Of a DNA stretch of 64,000 nucleotides, positions 26,624 through 40,343 are shown one piece after another. Position 1 is the first letter of the stretch. Every line of letters begins with the position of its first letter. A program made the translations under genes and the position numbers. The notes beneath the pieces were generated by a model that saw only the letters and a list, made by a program, of their open reading frames with translations, was not told the origin of the DNA and made no database searches. The stretch is from contig OZ237752.1 of NCBI GenBank assembly GCA_965178125.1, positions 310,001 through 374,000 of the forward strand. Reading direction: 5' to 3'. This DNA comes from Bilabrum cf. latius. Taxonomy: Eukaryota.

Positions 26624-29600
26624 ATGGCAGTCGATCCATTGAGGCTATCAAGGTACATTGACTAGCCTCACTTTCGAACAGTACCAGCATCTACATTCAG
26701 GCGCGAGAATTTCGCCGACTTGGTGAGATGGATGCCACGCTCAATATATTGGTTTTTGCGCAGCGTGTTCACTTTCAATATTCTCGCTATGATATCTCAT
26801 CTTCTTGCATATTGTATCAATTTGCAGCCTCGACCGGCGCTTCGTAGCCGAAATGCTTCTACAAGAGCTCGTTCGATGAGGACAACCCGCCCTGGCTACC
26901 GACTTGCCGAAGGGATGGTAGAGAGCACCAGGCGGTTGGCTGTGCATGAGTCTGAAGACCCCCTACGCGACGGAACGCTTCGAACGGTGCAAGACCACCC
27001 GGCAGATGTCGGTACGGTCCCACCGTGAGTGTTGTGCCGCTGCCCCCGCCCAGCGCATGTTTAACGCTGCCATCCATATGCACATCCCACGTATAGGTTG
27101 CGTGCGCACGGACTGAATGCGTGGGAACAATGGTAGCAAAATCAAGATTTCTGGTTGTTTTTCGATTCGGCGTAATGCTCCGTGCACCGCAGCATTCCCG
27201 ATGACGCCGATCCGTCTCGGGCCCCTCTGATGGCGGCACCTTGCCGCGCAATCATGGCGCGCCCCAGGTTCCGCACAGGGGCGGTCGAGCAGCCAGTGGC
27301 ACTCCAAGTGCGGGGCAAGGCCGGGAGACTCGCAGCTCGCGGGATCCTGCCCGTGGCCCGTCGGGGCCGCGGTGGCTTGGACCACGGGGCCGAGGCCGCC
27401 GGTGAGGCATTAGATCGGAGCATGCGGATCTCCGGGTCGCTGGCTTCGGACCATGCGCCCATGGTGGACAGGCTGTCCAACACGCTCGGCGGTCGCATTC
27501 GCGCGCGCGACGACGACAGCGTGGCGGGCGAGCTGGGCGAGGACGGCGAGGACGGCGATGATGGTGATAGTGGTGATGACAACGACTTGGCGCAGTTGGT
27601 GGATGACGAGGACGTGGCCATGGGCCGGTCGCAACCTATCAGGAGGAGAGATGGGAGGCAGGGGCACGGTGGCGCCATTGAGACAATGAGGAGGAGGAGG
27701 GGCTTGTCGAGGCTGCAGCTGGCGGCCGCGAGCGCAGCCATGGGAGGCGGTGCGAACGCAGCTCAGGCGCAAGCCACAGCTTCGTCTGGGATCACCTCCA
27801 GCCCGATCGTGGGAGGAATCAGGGGCCATGGGCAGTCGTAGACGGGGGGATTCCCCGGGGGACAGGGAACAAAGCAGGGAACAAATGGGGTACTGGCGAG
27901 GACAAGGGCGCTGAGCCGGACCATGCCTGGATCAGTGCGACGAGGAGCGAGGGGAGACCCAGGGAACAAATCAGGGGCCAGAAAAGGGGGCCTTTTGACG
28001 CTCAAGGACAGTCTCACTGCTAGCCTAAGGCCCGGCTCGAGAATGCGTCCGCATCCGCTTCACGACGCTGACGCAGCTGCCGCGGTGCGTGCTCTGTAGG
28101 ATGCCACTGGCGCTGACACTGACGATAGCGACGACAATGACGAAGCTGAAGGCATGCCCAAGCAGCCCGCGTTATACCGTGGCTCTGTGCTGGACGGCAC
28201 TGCGCCCATCGGCCGCGTGCTACTTGCAGTGGACGGTGTTGGGGGCACAGACACTTCATCACGGGCTGCGGCGCTCAGAATCGGAGGCAGCATGGCCGGC
28301 CCAGCGGCCCGCAAGGCGCTCCGGCAGTCCGTGCGCGCATCTAAGCGGGCAGAGAGCAAGGCTGGGAGCAGTGACTTTGGGGAGGTTGACGATGACCACC
28401 ACCGAGACAGCGACGGCGGCGCTGACGAAGACGAGGACGAGGAGGCTTTCCTCGTGGGCGAGGCCCGGGCGAGCTCGGCGCCCATGCACGCCTCCAGGGG
28501 ACGACAGGTGGACAAACCCGGCGCCGACACGGCAGAGGCGGCCAGGCTAGCGGGGGCGGGGGCGGGCGGGCCGGGGGCCCGGCTCGCGCCCGTGCAGCGC
28601 ATGCTCGGCTTCGCTCTCGCGGGGGGCGAGGGCCTCCGGGGAACAAGGGTGGTGCAGAGGGTGCCTGGGCTGCTGGACCCCGCGGGTAGGAGGCTGACGC
28701 ATGAGGCAGAGGTGCTGGCCGTGGAGGCTGACGTGGCACGGCGCCGCGCAATTGCCCAGCGGAATCGGCGCAGGTACCTTTTGCTGACCCGACACCGGCA
28801 GGGTCTGCCCGGGCTTGCCAGCGATCCGGCCGGCACTCAGGTGCTGGCAGGAGATACGGAGGAGCAAGGTGCCGAGGAGAAGGAATCCGATTTAATGGGT
28901 GGCCGGGATAGGTTGCGTGCACTTCGACAGAGAGAGAAGCGTCGGGCCATGACGGCGCACGCCCGGAGGCGCAGGCTGCAGGTGGCCACCGACAGCACGG
29001 CCCGCCGTGGCTTCCCCCTGCTGTCTCACCTGGGTCAGGATTCGGAGCCGTGGAAGGAAGCGAGAGCCATGGTGGACGGCGGCCGCAGGAGTGTGACGAG
29101 TGTGAGCGCGCAGGAGATCCAGAGACGCGCCGAGGAGGGGGCCCGGTGTTCCCTGAGCGCCTCGTTGCGGGTTAGGGGCGCCTACGCGGCGGATCCCGGT
29201 TCTGAAACTGTGACGAGTGCGGCGGCGGGGGTTTCTGGGCGCGTGAGAGGCGATGGCGGTGCTTCGTCAGGCGGGGCAGTTAGGACCCCGCTGACCCCCC
29301 GTGCGCTCGCTACGGCTGGAGCCGCGGCCGGTGCTCCCGGCCCGCGGGAAGCGCTGCGGGACGGGGGCCTGGCGCCCTTGGCCGCCAAGAGGCGCGCGCC
29401 CGAGGGATTTGCGCCGCCAAGTGACACGGCGTCGCGCGTGCTAGGCGGAGAGGAGCTCTGGAAGCCGCGGGCGGAGCGGATCCGTTGGAAGGTGAACATG
29501 GATTCTGCCGGTCGAAAGTTCAACATCGTGACTGGCACGAGGCGCCAGGGCGTCATGGAGCCGACCGCGCCTGAGCCGAAGCCCTCTCGAAGAGAACATC

Positions 29601-29638
29601 CGAGCATCAGCGCCTTGCAGGGGATGGTCGACCGGTGA
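26624..29638 (+). CDS. Hypothetical Ala/Gly/Arg-rich low-complexity protein (~913 aa); exons 26624-26722, 26828-27024, 27193-29638
   Basis: Two GTGAG...CAG introns with matching phase. In-frame TAGs at 26663, 27839 and 28097 link ORFs 27182..27841 and 28154..29638. Ends TGA. The 5' exon model is less certain. Confidence 0.62.
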
Positions 29639-30087
29639 TCGGTCTTTTTGTTTTTTTTACAAAAAGTTGACAATCGTGGCTGGCGGTTTCCGGTTTGGCG
29701 CGATTTTGTGTCGAGCATGTGTGATGACTCACCTTATCACTAAGTGGATAGGTGCAGTTCCTGTGTGGAGCTGCTTGGAATGCCGCGGAGAGCGGGGAAT
29801 GGCACGGTCACTCCATACCAGTTGGCGAGTAAAGAAAGAGTCGTGCACGGTGCACTTCAGTGCGCATACCTTGAAATGTGAAATCTGATGTAGTGTCAAG
29901 CATAGCCGAACAATGGGTGCTGCACAAGGCAGCATGGCCACGACCCTCTTGTGCCGGTAGTCAAGTTCGCAACAGTTGCTTTTGCTCTCTCTCTCCCGAG
30001 AAAAATCTATGTGCAGCCAATTCGCCGCCAAGAGACATCTTATCATTTTTCTTGCATTTATGTTGCACAAAGTCTAAATCACGAAGA

Positions 30088-33000
30088 ATGCGAGCCGCGC
30101 CACGACCTGAGGTTGGCTCAATGCAATGCAAAGCAGTGTCAACCTTCGTTCGAATCCGTGAGAATGCTGTCTCGTACAGCACGCACAGCTCGATCCTCAG
30201 GAGGCTCCTTTCGCTCTGAATTTTCCTACTCTTGTGCATAAATGAAATGCACCCCGCGCAGCCGAAACTCTCGGACTTGTCACCGAGTTCACCGGTGCCT
30301 CCGTACTGCAACTTGCGCAAACGTGCAGAACTCTCGGGGACGTCATAGCCAATGAAAGCGTCCTAATGCGCAGCCTGTTCCGCAGCTATGCGTATGATGC
30401 TCGCATGTATACGGGAAGTGCCAAAGCCGGCAACGCCATGCAGTCAATGCTGCTGTCTGTCCACACGAGCTCGACGTTCAACGTGGCAATGCGTGTGATC
30501 TCACGCGCGCAAGGCATGCCGAAAACACAAGCTTGTGCAGCAATGTATAATGTTCTGCATGCAATTAGCCGGAATGCCTGGGTCGGCGGCCTGGTCCGTG
30601 CCTTGGCAGAGCGCGAGAGCATGGGACAGCAGCTGCTGGAGTTGGCAGCGAGACATGGGATTCTCGTGCGCGGCTAGCCGCCACAAGGTGCTGGCAGCAA
30701 CGCTGGTGAAGCTGCATCCAGCAGTATGAACCTAGATAGCGAAGCAGATGTAGGTCCTCCAGAGTCGTGCAGAAGGTTCATCGACAGCGTGCGAGCCGCC
30801 GCGCACCTGTGGGCTATCCAACAGTCTACGATCACTTTAGGGCGGTGCAAGCGCTATCAGCTACTCGGCAGCTTGATTTCTCAGGACAGACGCGGTCTAC
30901 AAATGAGTGGAACTACTGTGGACATGCTCACAGATCTCATGCCTCACCTCAGAATCTGGGGCGCGGATGCAGTCGAGCTTGGGCAACACGGCGATGCAGT
31001 TGGATAGCAGCCTCGATGCCGGCCCCTGCAGCGGGTCGATTCTCGGAACGATGGTCCCGCCTTAAAAGACGATATGATTGACAACGACCCGGAGATTGCT
31101 CCGTGGGATGGTCCGCTCCCACCGCCAGATGGCCTGCTGCAAGACCACAATCGGCCTGACCTGGAGCTTCCATCGCTGCGGTGGGGTGCGTTTGTCGCCC
31201 CAACACCAGTTGCCACCATCCGAGCCGTGCACAACCGGATGCAGGCAGAGTTGACCCACCTAAACGACTACATTGAAGATGCGGAGTCCAGTATACGCAC
31301 AGCCAGAGGGCCAGGTGGTCCCTAGTAGGCAAGCGCAGGGTATGACGACCAAATCGCTGGTGCGAACACCAGGCCGGCAGAGATTCCCGACATACATCCC
31401 CCTTGCTCCTGGTGCAGCTGCGGCAGGGTGCTCTGTCCCTCCTTCTCCTGGCAGTACCTCTGCTGTCCGCTGGTGGACTGCCTGCATGTGGGTGTGCCGT
31501 CGGTGCTCTGGGCTTGGGAGCTGGTTGACCTGTTTTGGTATCGGCTCCCGATGTAGTGCACAGTGGACATGGTCCAGGTTTATGCTCGTAGTTACGGTCA
31601 TAATCAGTATGTAGGGCTGGTCGCGGCAAATGCGACGTTGGCCACGAGATCGCTGGCGGCTTGCATGCAGTATTGTGGAACCGACAATTATACCCCGCAA
31701 TTAATGCAGCAGTACCGCTCGAACGCAATGGGTGGCATCGGATGGCCGTCGCTGGTAGCGCTGGCGCTGGTAGTGCTGGTGCATGCAGCAGACTGGTTTT
31801 TGTACTGCCATCATGTGCTGTGCAGTAGACGAGGCATTCACTGCAACTGTGGTTTTATTTCCTGGTGTTGGGGTGAAGTGGACGGTATGACTTGCTACTG
31901 TCGCTCTCCCAAGCCGTACAAATCTCCCATTCACTCGATGCGGCTCCTATGGGGGGACGAGAAGGTAGACCGGCTGACTCGCGCCGACCCGGCGACGCAC
32001 AAGGCTCTCCTGGCAGCGCCCGATGTCGACGGTGACGGCACTACGCATCGAATAACGTTGCGTCGAGCTGCAGAAATATTAAACGATGCGGAGCAGCCTG
32101 TCAGGTCTTGGATGGTGTTCCCCCGAATGCCTGGTAGCCAGCACCGATTGTCTCGCTTGCCAAAGTCACAGGACGATACCAGCAATGCCAAGGTTGAGTC
32201 CTGTGGCACGGCTGCCGCCGTAACCCAGGTAGTAGGGTGCTGTGTCACGGCTATCATGTGGCTCTGGCATCTTGCTGGCCAACCATCATGGTTCTATGCT
32301 TTCTTGTGCATGAGTTTGGTTTGGGCCACTGGCTGCGCTTGGTATGTGTCTATGTATGTGCAGACACGTACTAGTTGCATGTGCTGCCAAACTCCGCTCA
32401 AGGCGGTTCGGCTCTGTGCGTGGCAGGGGCTTGCTCTGATGACTGATCCGCTTCTGCATGAGCTAGCGTGGGCCATGGTGATCTCACTGTATATGTTTGT
32501 CTATCATGAGGCGACGTCTGATGAGTGGAGCCTTGGGACGTCGTTTCTATCGAAAAGCTCGGGTAGCATGTTCGGTATGTTGGGAGACATGGCTGTTGAA
32601 CTCTCCATGGCGATTGTTCTCTTGCATTGCGTCTTGATGGTCGTGGGCATCCAAAGCTGTGTTCAGCAACGGGTTAAGGCTGTGTGCGCCCGATGCTGCC
32701 GTGTGACCGAGCAAGGCGCAAGCACTGCCATGGCTAGAGGCATCTTTATTGCAGGCTTCCAATACCTCAGGATTATTGTGTTTATCACTGTCCACCTCTG
32801 GGTTGGCAAAGTGAGCCAGTCAGGGATGCCGTGGATGTTCGGCCTCCATTGGTGCGTCACCTGGGGAACACTTACAGTAGTGATGGCATACTTGATGCTG
32901 GCAGCGCTCGCCCAGCCGTACGTGATGCTGTGTTGCAGCCCTGCCTGCACTGAGACCGATGACAAGCAAATGCACCCATACTTGGAGTACCTCACGGAAT

Positions 33001-34169
33001 TTCAAGAGTTTCCTTCGTGGCGAGAGCTACTCGTTTAGGACGTACAGAACATCTTCGGCACCGAGACACCTAGGGCCGTGCATGCCAGCCTCGGCATGGA
33101 GCGGGAGATCCAATTTTGCTTCAGCCGGATCTTGCGAGCCAAGCAGATAGACACTAGGACACGCGCTGATTTGCGCTGTTTGGACTGGTACAACTGGGCC
33201 ACCGGTGCTCGTGCCGATGCACGGCCTGCTGAAAATCCCATAGAACCCCTCAGGTCCTGGTACACACTATGGAGCACATCTGACAAAGATCCGGACCGAG
33301 ACGGTCAACTTCGTTATGCAGTGGTGGACACGATGGCGCGGAGTGCAGCAGCTGCGCTCCTTGAAACCGTCGATAGCGCAAGCCTCGCATGCCACAGAGC
33401 CAGGCCAGTAGAAGATGGCCATGGCTTGGATCCGGATCCAAGTCAATCAGCAGTGCACAGACAGGAGGCAGATCGCCATTTCGCGATGTACCTGCGATTG
33501 GATGCTCTGCAAAGGTACCTACAACGGATGGAACAAGAGGGTGGATCGCAGCCTCGCGACCTAGATCTCGGCTTGGTCGCAGCCGGCGTGGCAGCTCTAA
33601 GTGCCGTGCGGATGTGGCAAGCTGGTGGGGACGAGAACGCGAAGGACAATCTGCTGGGAGGCTAGCATATTTTGCCTGAAGGTATGAATCCCAGCCTGGC
33701 AACGATGCGCGACATGCGCGATCGCGCGAGGCACCAGTGGAATGACACGGTAGCACGGGTGCTGCGATGCGTGCCAGCTACGGCAGACGAAGATGAGCGA
33801 GACAGTGCTGACCTACATTGGCCAGATGCCAGTCTCGAGTGCTTCGAGTGCAAGGGCAGGAGCTTCCCCGAGTGGGGCCGCGACGAGATGATTCCTGAGA
33901 AGGGAGGAGGCTGGTACTGGCAGCAAGAGGATACACCAAGCTCGGGCATCGAGGCCCAGAGCAGATCTGGACGGTTGATACTGCGAATGCCTGCCGGTCA
34001 ATCAGGCCTCCATCTCAATTGGACTGATGTCCGTGGCGGTGCAAATGACGGTGGTGAGGACGGTCAGCATGCAGGTGACGAAGCAAGCGATTCTACTTCT
34101 ACAGGCCTGCGCAGGCGGGTGCAGGCAGTGTCGGCTCAATCAGGGCCGTCTGAAGCACCGTCGCAGTGA
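30088..34169 (+). CDS. F-box-like N-terminus plus Cys-rich multipass membrane protein (~1325 aa); exons 30088-30157, 30262-34169
   Basis: Six ORFs (30366, 30726, 31074, 31563, 33078, 33672) are in one frame, joined only by TAG (30675, 31005, 31323, 31326, 31554, 33036, 33663), ending TGA. Splicing the GTGAG..CAG intron gives FVRIPETLGLVTEFTGASVLQLAQTCRTLGDVIANESVLMRSLF, an F-box-like pattern. Several hydrophobic helices lie at 31740-32930. Confidence 0.7.
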
Positions 34170-34889
34170 GTCGCTAAGCGAAGTTGATCTCTTATCACGC
34201 CAAACAATCTACTCTAGGCCTGAGCCGCTGGCCGCAATAAGATCTGCCCACCAGCGCTCGAATACCTTCGTCTCGCTTGCGCTCCGTGCATGATTGTCCG
34301 ATGGCTCAAAAGAAAATTCCTGCCCCCGGTCCCGCGGACCCCCTGGGCTTCACCCCGAACGACTGGTTCTTCACCAGCCCACCTGAATGCGGTATTCATC
34401 TGACACTACGAATGTACACACCACTTTCCCAATGCACACGACTGGCCCCGTCGCTACATGGCTTTCTGTTCCTGTTCCCCGCACTAGCGACCGTGTGCTT
34501 TGCTCCCTGCATTGCCACCTTGGCCCTATCCTTTCAGCTTGCACGCGCCGGTCCTGGCCGACCTGCCGTGCGCCCCATCCAACGGATCTGTCCACCCGCC
34601 TGTTGGCCCTCTACGCGCTGCTGGCCATGCACCCGTGAAGCGCAGGTGAGGCTTGGTCACTGAGCATCGTGCCTGATCCATTGGATGTGGAGTGAGGTGC
34701 GCCCCCGCGGGGTCCCTAACCGGGGTGAAGACCTGGTAGTGAGAAATGACTGGCAGGCTGTCAGATACGTTCGTTTGAAACTTTATATCGCCATCATCTA
34801 TCCTTGAGTTTCGCATCATTCGTTGGAAAAACCAAAGGACCCTGTGGTGAAGGGAGACTTGCAGCCGTCAACAGCCGCGCCACTCCCGC

Positions 34890-36575
34890 TCACAGCTTGG
34901 CGCGGCCTGCCATACCGGCAAGACAGCTCGTACTCAGATATTCCTCGCCAAGCACGTCCCGCGCCTGGGCACTGCTTCCAGCACAGCGACGTCGTCGTTC
35001 AATGGGCGGGTCACTACCGCAGGCACTCAACCCAAATTTCTGCATTGACCGGGCTGCGGTTGCAGCCAGCAAAACATCCGCATCCGGCGTGCCGATCCTT
35101 TCCCGGCCAAGACAACCACTTGCTAGTATTGAACCAGGTGCGCTTGATACCCCACAGCTAGCCAAAGAGCTCTCAGCGGCGCGGCTTTCAACAGTGGCAG
35201 TCGCACTCCCAAGACCGGCAGGAGCACAAACAGCAGACGAACGGCCTTTGACGCGCTCCACCGCGCTTGCCTCCAGCTTTGATCCAGCCGGGGTGTAGTC
35301 CACTGGACCTCCTGCTCCTCCTACTCCCTCTATCTTCCGTTTGCCACCCGCGCCAGCACCCGCGCCGCCCCTCTCCGAAGGCAGCACACCTCTGGGCAGC
35401 ACTGCATCCACATCGATCACCCTGCGGTCCTACGCCGCGAGTGTCGCAGCCACCCCGAGCGCAACGGCCCAGGCCCCGTCCTCGGTGGTGACCTCAACCG
35501 ACCGCTTGCCCCGCACCGCCTGGCAGAACCGCACGATCTCAAAGTACACGCTACCGAAATGGGTGCCCGCGGCGAGTGCCTCCTCGTCTACCTTGATCTT
35601 GGTCCTCTCGATCCCGTCCGATCCACCCTCCCTGCTTCCCACTTTGACCACCGCCTCCGGGATCCTCACGCTGGCCTTGCCCTTGGAGCCCACCACCTCG
35701 ATCTGCTCCTGCTCCTCCGTCCCTTCCGCGTACATGCACAGCTCATGGAAGGCCCTGGAGCCGTCCTCAAACTCGATCAGGAGCATGGCTGCGTCCCAGA
35801 TGTCGCATGGTTTCCCGTTGAATTCTTCCCCTCTGAAGTTGACGTCCATGCCTGCCAGGCATGCCACGCGCACCGGCCTGACCCCACGCTTGAACTGGCG
35901 AATGAGGTCCAAATAGTGGCACGACTTCTCCACGATGGTCTGTCCCGTGTTGATGGCGTGCTTGTTCCACTCGGCGGCCTTGGGCAAGAACGGAAACCTG
36001 TGCTCCTTGACGGTGCAGTGCCACACCTTGCCCAGGTCGCCTCTCTGCACCCGCTTCAGCACCTCGGAGACGGGGGCCATGTAGCGGTACTCCATGGCAA
36101 CCCATACGATTGGTAAGAATGCGTCGCCGTGTCGGGCGCGCTGGCTGCTGCTGCTTCCGGCCCCGCCCTGCCATCGTGCCAAGCGGGCTGTGTCCTCGTT
36201 CACCACAGACAGGGCATCAGCAATGGTGGTGCAGAGCGGTTTCTCTGCAAGAACCGCCCACCATGTAGCACGAATTATTAGCAAAAGCTGCGAATGATGC
36301 TGGTAATTTGGAGTGCACAGAATTACGCAGTCCAGCCTATCCTTCTCTTCCTCTAGCATAGCGTCCAGCGACGTGTACCTTCGTCGCTCCGATTCCAACT
36401 CCTCGGCTTCGCATTCACCTTCAGCTGCATCAAGAGCCGCGTCGCTACAGTCGCAAAGAGCATCGATTGATAAGCCTCCGCTGCGACGATACAAGACGCC
36501 TATGTTGCGAATGTGCTCCAGAGCAATCATGCCGCATCCAACTATTCCAATTCTCAGTCCATCTGTGGATGACAT
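34890..36575 (-). CDS. Gfo/Idh/MocA family NAD(P)-dependent oxidoreductase (inositol 2-dehydrogenase-like)
   Basis: Rossmann motif LRIGIVGCGMIA, plus CTPNYQH, AEKPL, EYRYMAP and EKSCHYLD. TAG at 35430-35432 falls in the C-terminal helix (AATLAA-Q-DRRVIDV). Reading through it extends the frame to TGA at 34890; the low-complexity tail is less certain. Confidence 0.82.
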
Positions 36576-36874
36576 CAATTTAATTCAAAATACGGATTAC
36601 GACAGCGGCAGAAGTATCTTGTCGTGGAGATATCTGATGTTCTGGCTTTTTCATGTTCTTGTCGGGTTCGTGAAGGTTCCAAACTCTAACCTAGAAGTGA
36701 TCGCGATTGGATGCCATTTGACCATTAGGAAGGTTGCGGAGTGACCTTTTTCATTTACAGTTCCGTTGGTATTTATAGGTATACGCTGGACTGCGCCGTG
36801 AAAGTGGCAATCTATTTGAATTTGAGGAGATATTTTAAGCGAGCAATTACGGGACGAGTTCTCAGAGCATAAGA
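36576..36874. promoter_or_regulatory. Probable ~300-bp bidirectional promoter region between the oxidoreductase (-) and Ku80 (+)
   Basis: AT-richer gap between two divergent ATGs (36575 and 36875). No specific motif identified. Confidence 0.4.
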
Positions 36875-39800
36875 ATGGCGGCAGATGAAGCATTAATCCT
36901 CGCCATCGACGTTGGATAGTCCATGCATGGCAGAAAATTACAGCAAGCTCTCGATGGTGCGTACTTGTTGATGCAGCAGAAGATAATAAACGCGTACACG
37001 CGAGATTCGGTCACCATAGTCCCTTTCGGAACGAATGGTGAGAGTGCCGTCGATCAACCTGCCTAGGTTCATTGAGTTTGTTATGATTTGCATTATTGCA
37101 TGCGCTGAGCACTCGAAGTCAGATTAATATTGCTATTTTTCAAATCGGACTCGCCTTGTATCGCAGAAACGCAAAACGCAGTTGCGGATGAATTTGCCGC
37201 ACAAGGCATAAACGATCAGTATCAGCACGTGACAGTACTGCAGCCAGCATAGCAGCAACCTGGGGTCCAGCACCTGCAATCCCTGGCTGCCCTCCGTGCT
37301 CGCTAGCAGCAGAACCAGCATGGTAATTTCCTAGACGCTCTCGTCGTATGTTATGGTATCGCCGGAGGGATCCGCCGGCCAGCTGGCAAGGCCAACAAAC
37401 GGCGTATCCGAATCATGATGATCACAGACGCAGTCGGCGAAACATTCGCGCCACCAGTGCCCGGGGCTGGAGGAGCAGCCGTGGGTGCAACAGGCCAGAC
37501 AGGAGGCAGCCAAGCCACGGGAGGCGCTTCAAGCCAGCAGATGGAGCCAGATAGCGACTCAGATAGTGACTCAGATGCTGGATCAGACGATGGAACCGAC
37601 GGGCACACTATTGTGATGGACGCTTTGGTTCGCAACATGACGACGAGCAATGTGGCACTCGACGTGATCGGAGTGGACTTTGGAGGTGCGGGCGCGGGTG
37701 CAAATGCAAGTGCTGCCAAGGATGGTGCGACCAGCAGCAGCAGCAGTGCTATCAGCTCCTCATCCTCCTCGTCATCGTCCTCTGCTGCAGCTGCCGAGCA
37801 CCCGCCGTCCATGCCGCTGGACCCCGCGATGCTCGACTCGAAGCGGCGCAACGAAGCGGCTATCGCAAAGCTCGCCAGGCTCGTGGGGGGCCAGGTGCTG
37901 CCTGCCAGCCGCGCCATCGAGGTGTTCTCCTAGGTTCAAGGCAAGACCAAGGAGGTCATGAGGACCTTTGCCGGCGACCTGGACATCGCTGGGGACATCA
38001 AGATCAAGGTGATGGCATTCGCTTTCACCAAGAGGCAGACCCGGCCCTCCGTGAAGCGTATCCTGCCTCGCGCTGGTGTCGACTGGGACGGGAACCCGAC
38101 AGCCGCCGATAAAGATGAAGATGGCATGAACCCTGATGCCATCGAGGGCGGGGACGAGGAGGGGGATGAGGACGATGATGGAACAGGGGGCGGGATGGAT
38201 GGCGCTGCAGCGGTGGATGTGGTGGAAGTCAGCCATGAGAGCAGGTACAAGACTGCGGACACCCACGAGCCAGTGGACTTTGAAGACTCGCAGCGAGCCT
38301 TCCAGTTCGGGACGGATGTGGTGCCGGTGCAGGAGTCCCAGCGGAATGACATGACGATCAAGGGCTTCAAGAGCCTCCGGGTCATCGCATTTGTTCCCCG
38401 AGCGAACGTTCCTCGGCACCACTTCATGGGCACAGTGGACGCCATCGTGCCTGACCCAGAGAGCAGTGCTTCCTGCAGAGCCCTCTCTTCTCTATCAAGG
38501 GCTCTGCACGAGCAGGACGCCGTGGCCCTCGTGCGCTTCATCAAGCGCAACCGGTCGGCGGGCGTGACTCCGGTGCTGGGCTGCCTGACCCCGCACCTGT
38601 GCCCCGCCTCCGCTGCCGCCTCGGCCGAATCCACGGGAAGGGCCGACACGCGGACGGCCTTCGCAGATGACCCGCCGTACGACTGCCTCTTCTTCAACCA
38701 GCTGCCCTGCGAGGAGGACTTCAGGGACTACAGGTTTCGCCCCTTTGACACGGAGGCCGACGCTGCCCCCACTGCTGAGCAGGAGGAGGCTGCGCTTGCG
38801 CTGGTGGACTCGATGGACCTGATGAACGTGCCCGTTGGGGAGGGGGAGCAGGAAGGAGAGAAAGGCGCGGCCAGTAGCGGAGCAGGCGCTGCCACTGAGG
38901 AAGCCCTGCGCCCCGAGATGCAGTTCAACCCTGTGCTGCACAGGGTTCACAGAAGCGTCCTGGATCGCCTCATGGATGCCAACGCGCCCCTCCCAAAGCT
39001 CCACGCGAGCATCCGGGAGCAGCTTGAGATGCCGAGGGCGATTGCGAGGCAACAGCAAGCGGCGCTGCAGCAGTTCGCCAGGGCACTCCCGCTAGAGAGG
39101 CGCGATGCAGGCACAGGGCTGGGCGCATCCAGGGCTGCCGCGGCTGCTGCCGCCAGCGCCGGTGCAGGCGGGGCCGCCGGTCTTCTCGGCAGGAAGAGGG
39201 GGGTGGAGATGGCAGGGCTGGCAGCCGCTGCCGGTGCCGATAGTGGCTCTGGTATGGGAACGGCCGGGGAGGCAGCGAGTGCCAGTGCTTAGAAGAGGGC
39301 TCGTGTGGACGCGGCCGGCGATGCTGTGTTCGAGCTGGTGGGCATTGGGGGCGCCGTGAGTGCGCAGCAGCAGGCCGTGCTGGCAGGCGCGGGGATCAAG
39401 GGGGGCAGCGGGAAGGGTGGCGGGGCTGGTGCCGGCGACCCACCGGTGGATCGGGTGGGGCCGGTTGATCCGATCGGAGACATGCGCAAGATGGTCGCAA
39501 GGAAGGACAAGGACCACCTCGGCGCCGCGCTGGGCGGCATGGTGGGCGTGGTGGCTCAGCTGGCCAGGGACCCGCCGCAGCATGCGAGGGCGGTCCAGTG
39601 CCTGCGGGCCATGCGAGAGGTCTGTCTGGCAGACGGGAGCGAGGAGGTGTTCAACGAGCTGCTGCGGAAGATCAGGGGCGTGGCTCAGGCCAAGGCGGAT
39701 GGAGTGCTGCCAGCGTGCCAGGTGCAGATCGGGCGGGTGGAGGGGGATGAGGCAAAGCAGCCGGTTGCGCTGCCGGCTGCCACGGCTGCGCAGAGGGAGG

Positions 39801-40030
39801 CTGAGGCTGGGCTGCATGACGCCTTGCGGCAGGCAAGGGTGACGCTGATCCGCGCGGAGGAGAGCAGGTTAGTGGCGATGACGAGTGTGACGAAGGCTCA
39901 GCAGCAGGAGTACTTGCAACCTGTGGTGCGCTCGGCGGGTGCTGCTTCGGGCGGTGCCAGCCTTGACACCGGGGCAGAAAAGGGCGAGTCGGAGGACGAG
40001 TTTGATGATGATGATGATGATATGGACTGA
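36875..40030 (+). CDS. KU80: Ku80 (NHEJ DNA end-binding subunit), ~1008 aa with low-complexity insertions; exons 36875-37037, 37167-40030
   Basis: vWA N-terminus (EALILAIDVG-Q-SM...QQKI...DSVTIVPFGT|ETQN...DQYQHVTV...NFLDALVV...IMMITDA). Ku core motifs FAGDLDI, AFQFGTDVVPV, VPRHHFMG, ALVRF, QLPCEEDFRDYRF, LVDSMDL, FNPVLHR. C-terminal VGPVDPIGD...AVQCLRAMREVC. GTGAG..CAG intron. In-frame TAGs at 36917, 37250, 37304, 37931, 39290. Ends TGA. Confidence 0.9.
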
Positions 40031-40343
40031 TCTTGGCTGTTTCGCTCAGCCTCTTTGCTAGGACCGACTCTCGGTTGGGTGTTTACGTTGGTCGTGTTGG
40101 TCGCAAGCTGTGGTGGTTGGGTGCATCTTCGAATATACAAATCCGATATTGGATCGCCTTGTATTTACAACTTGCCTGATTCTACCAGGCACTGTTGGGT
40201 ATATCACGAGTAGTGCTGTGCAACAAATAGATACTACTGTGTCATATTCATCTACTGACTCCGTTTGAACGCCCTAGGATCGCTGCAAGTTTCAGCGGGC
40301 GTCAGTCGTTTGCGACGACCAGGCCGACCTTACTGCCGCAGAT

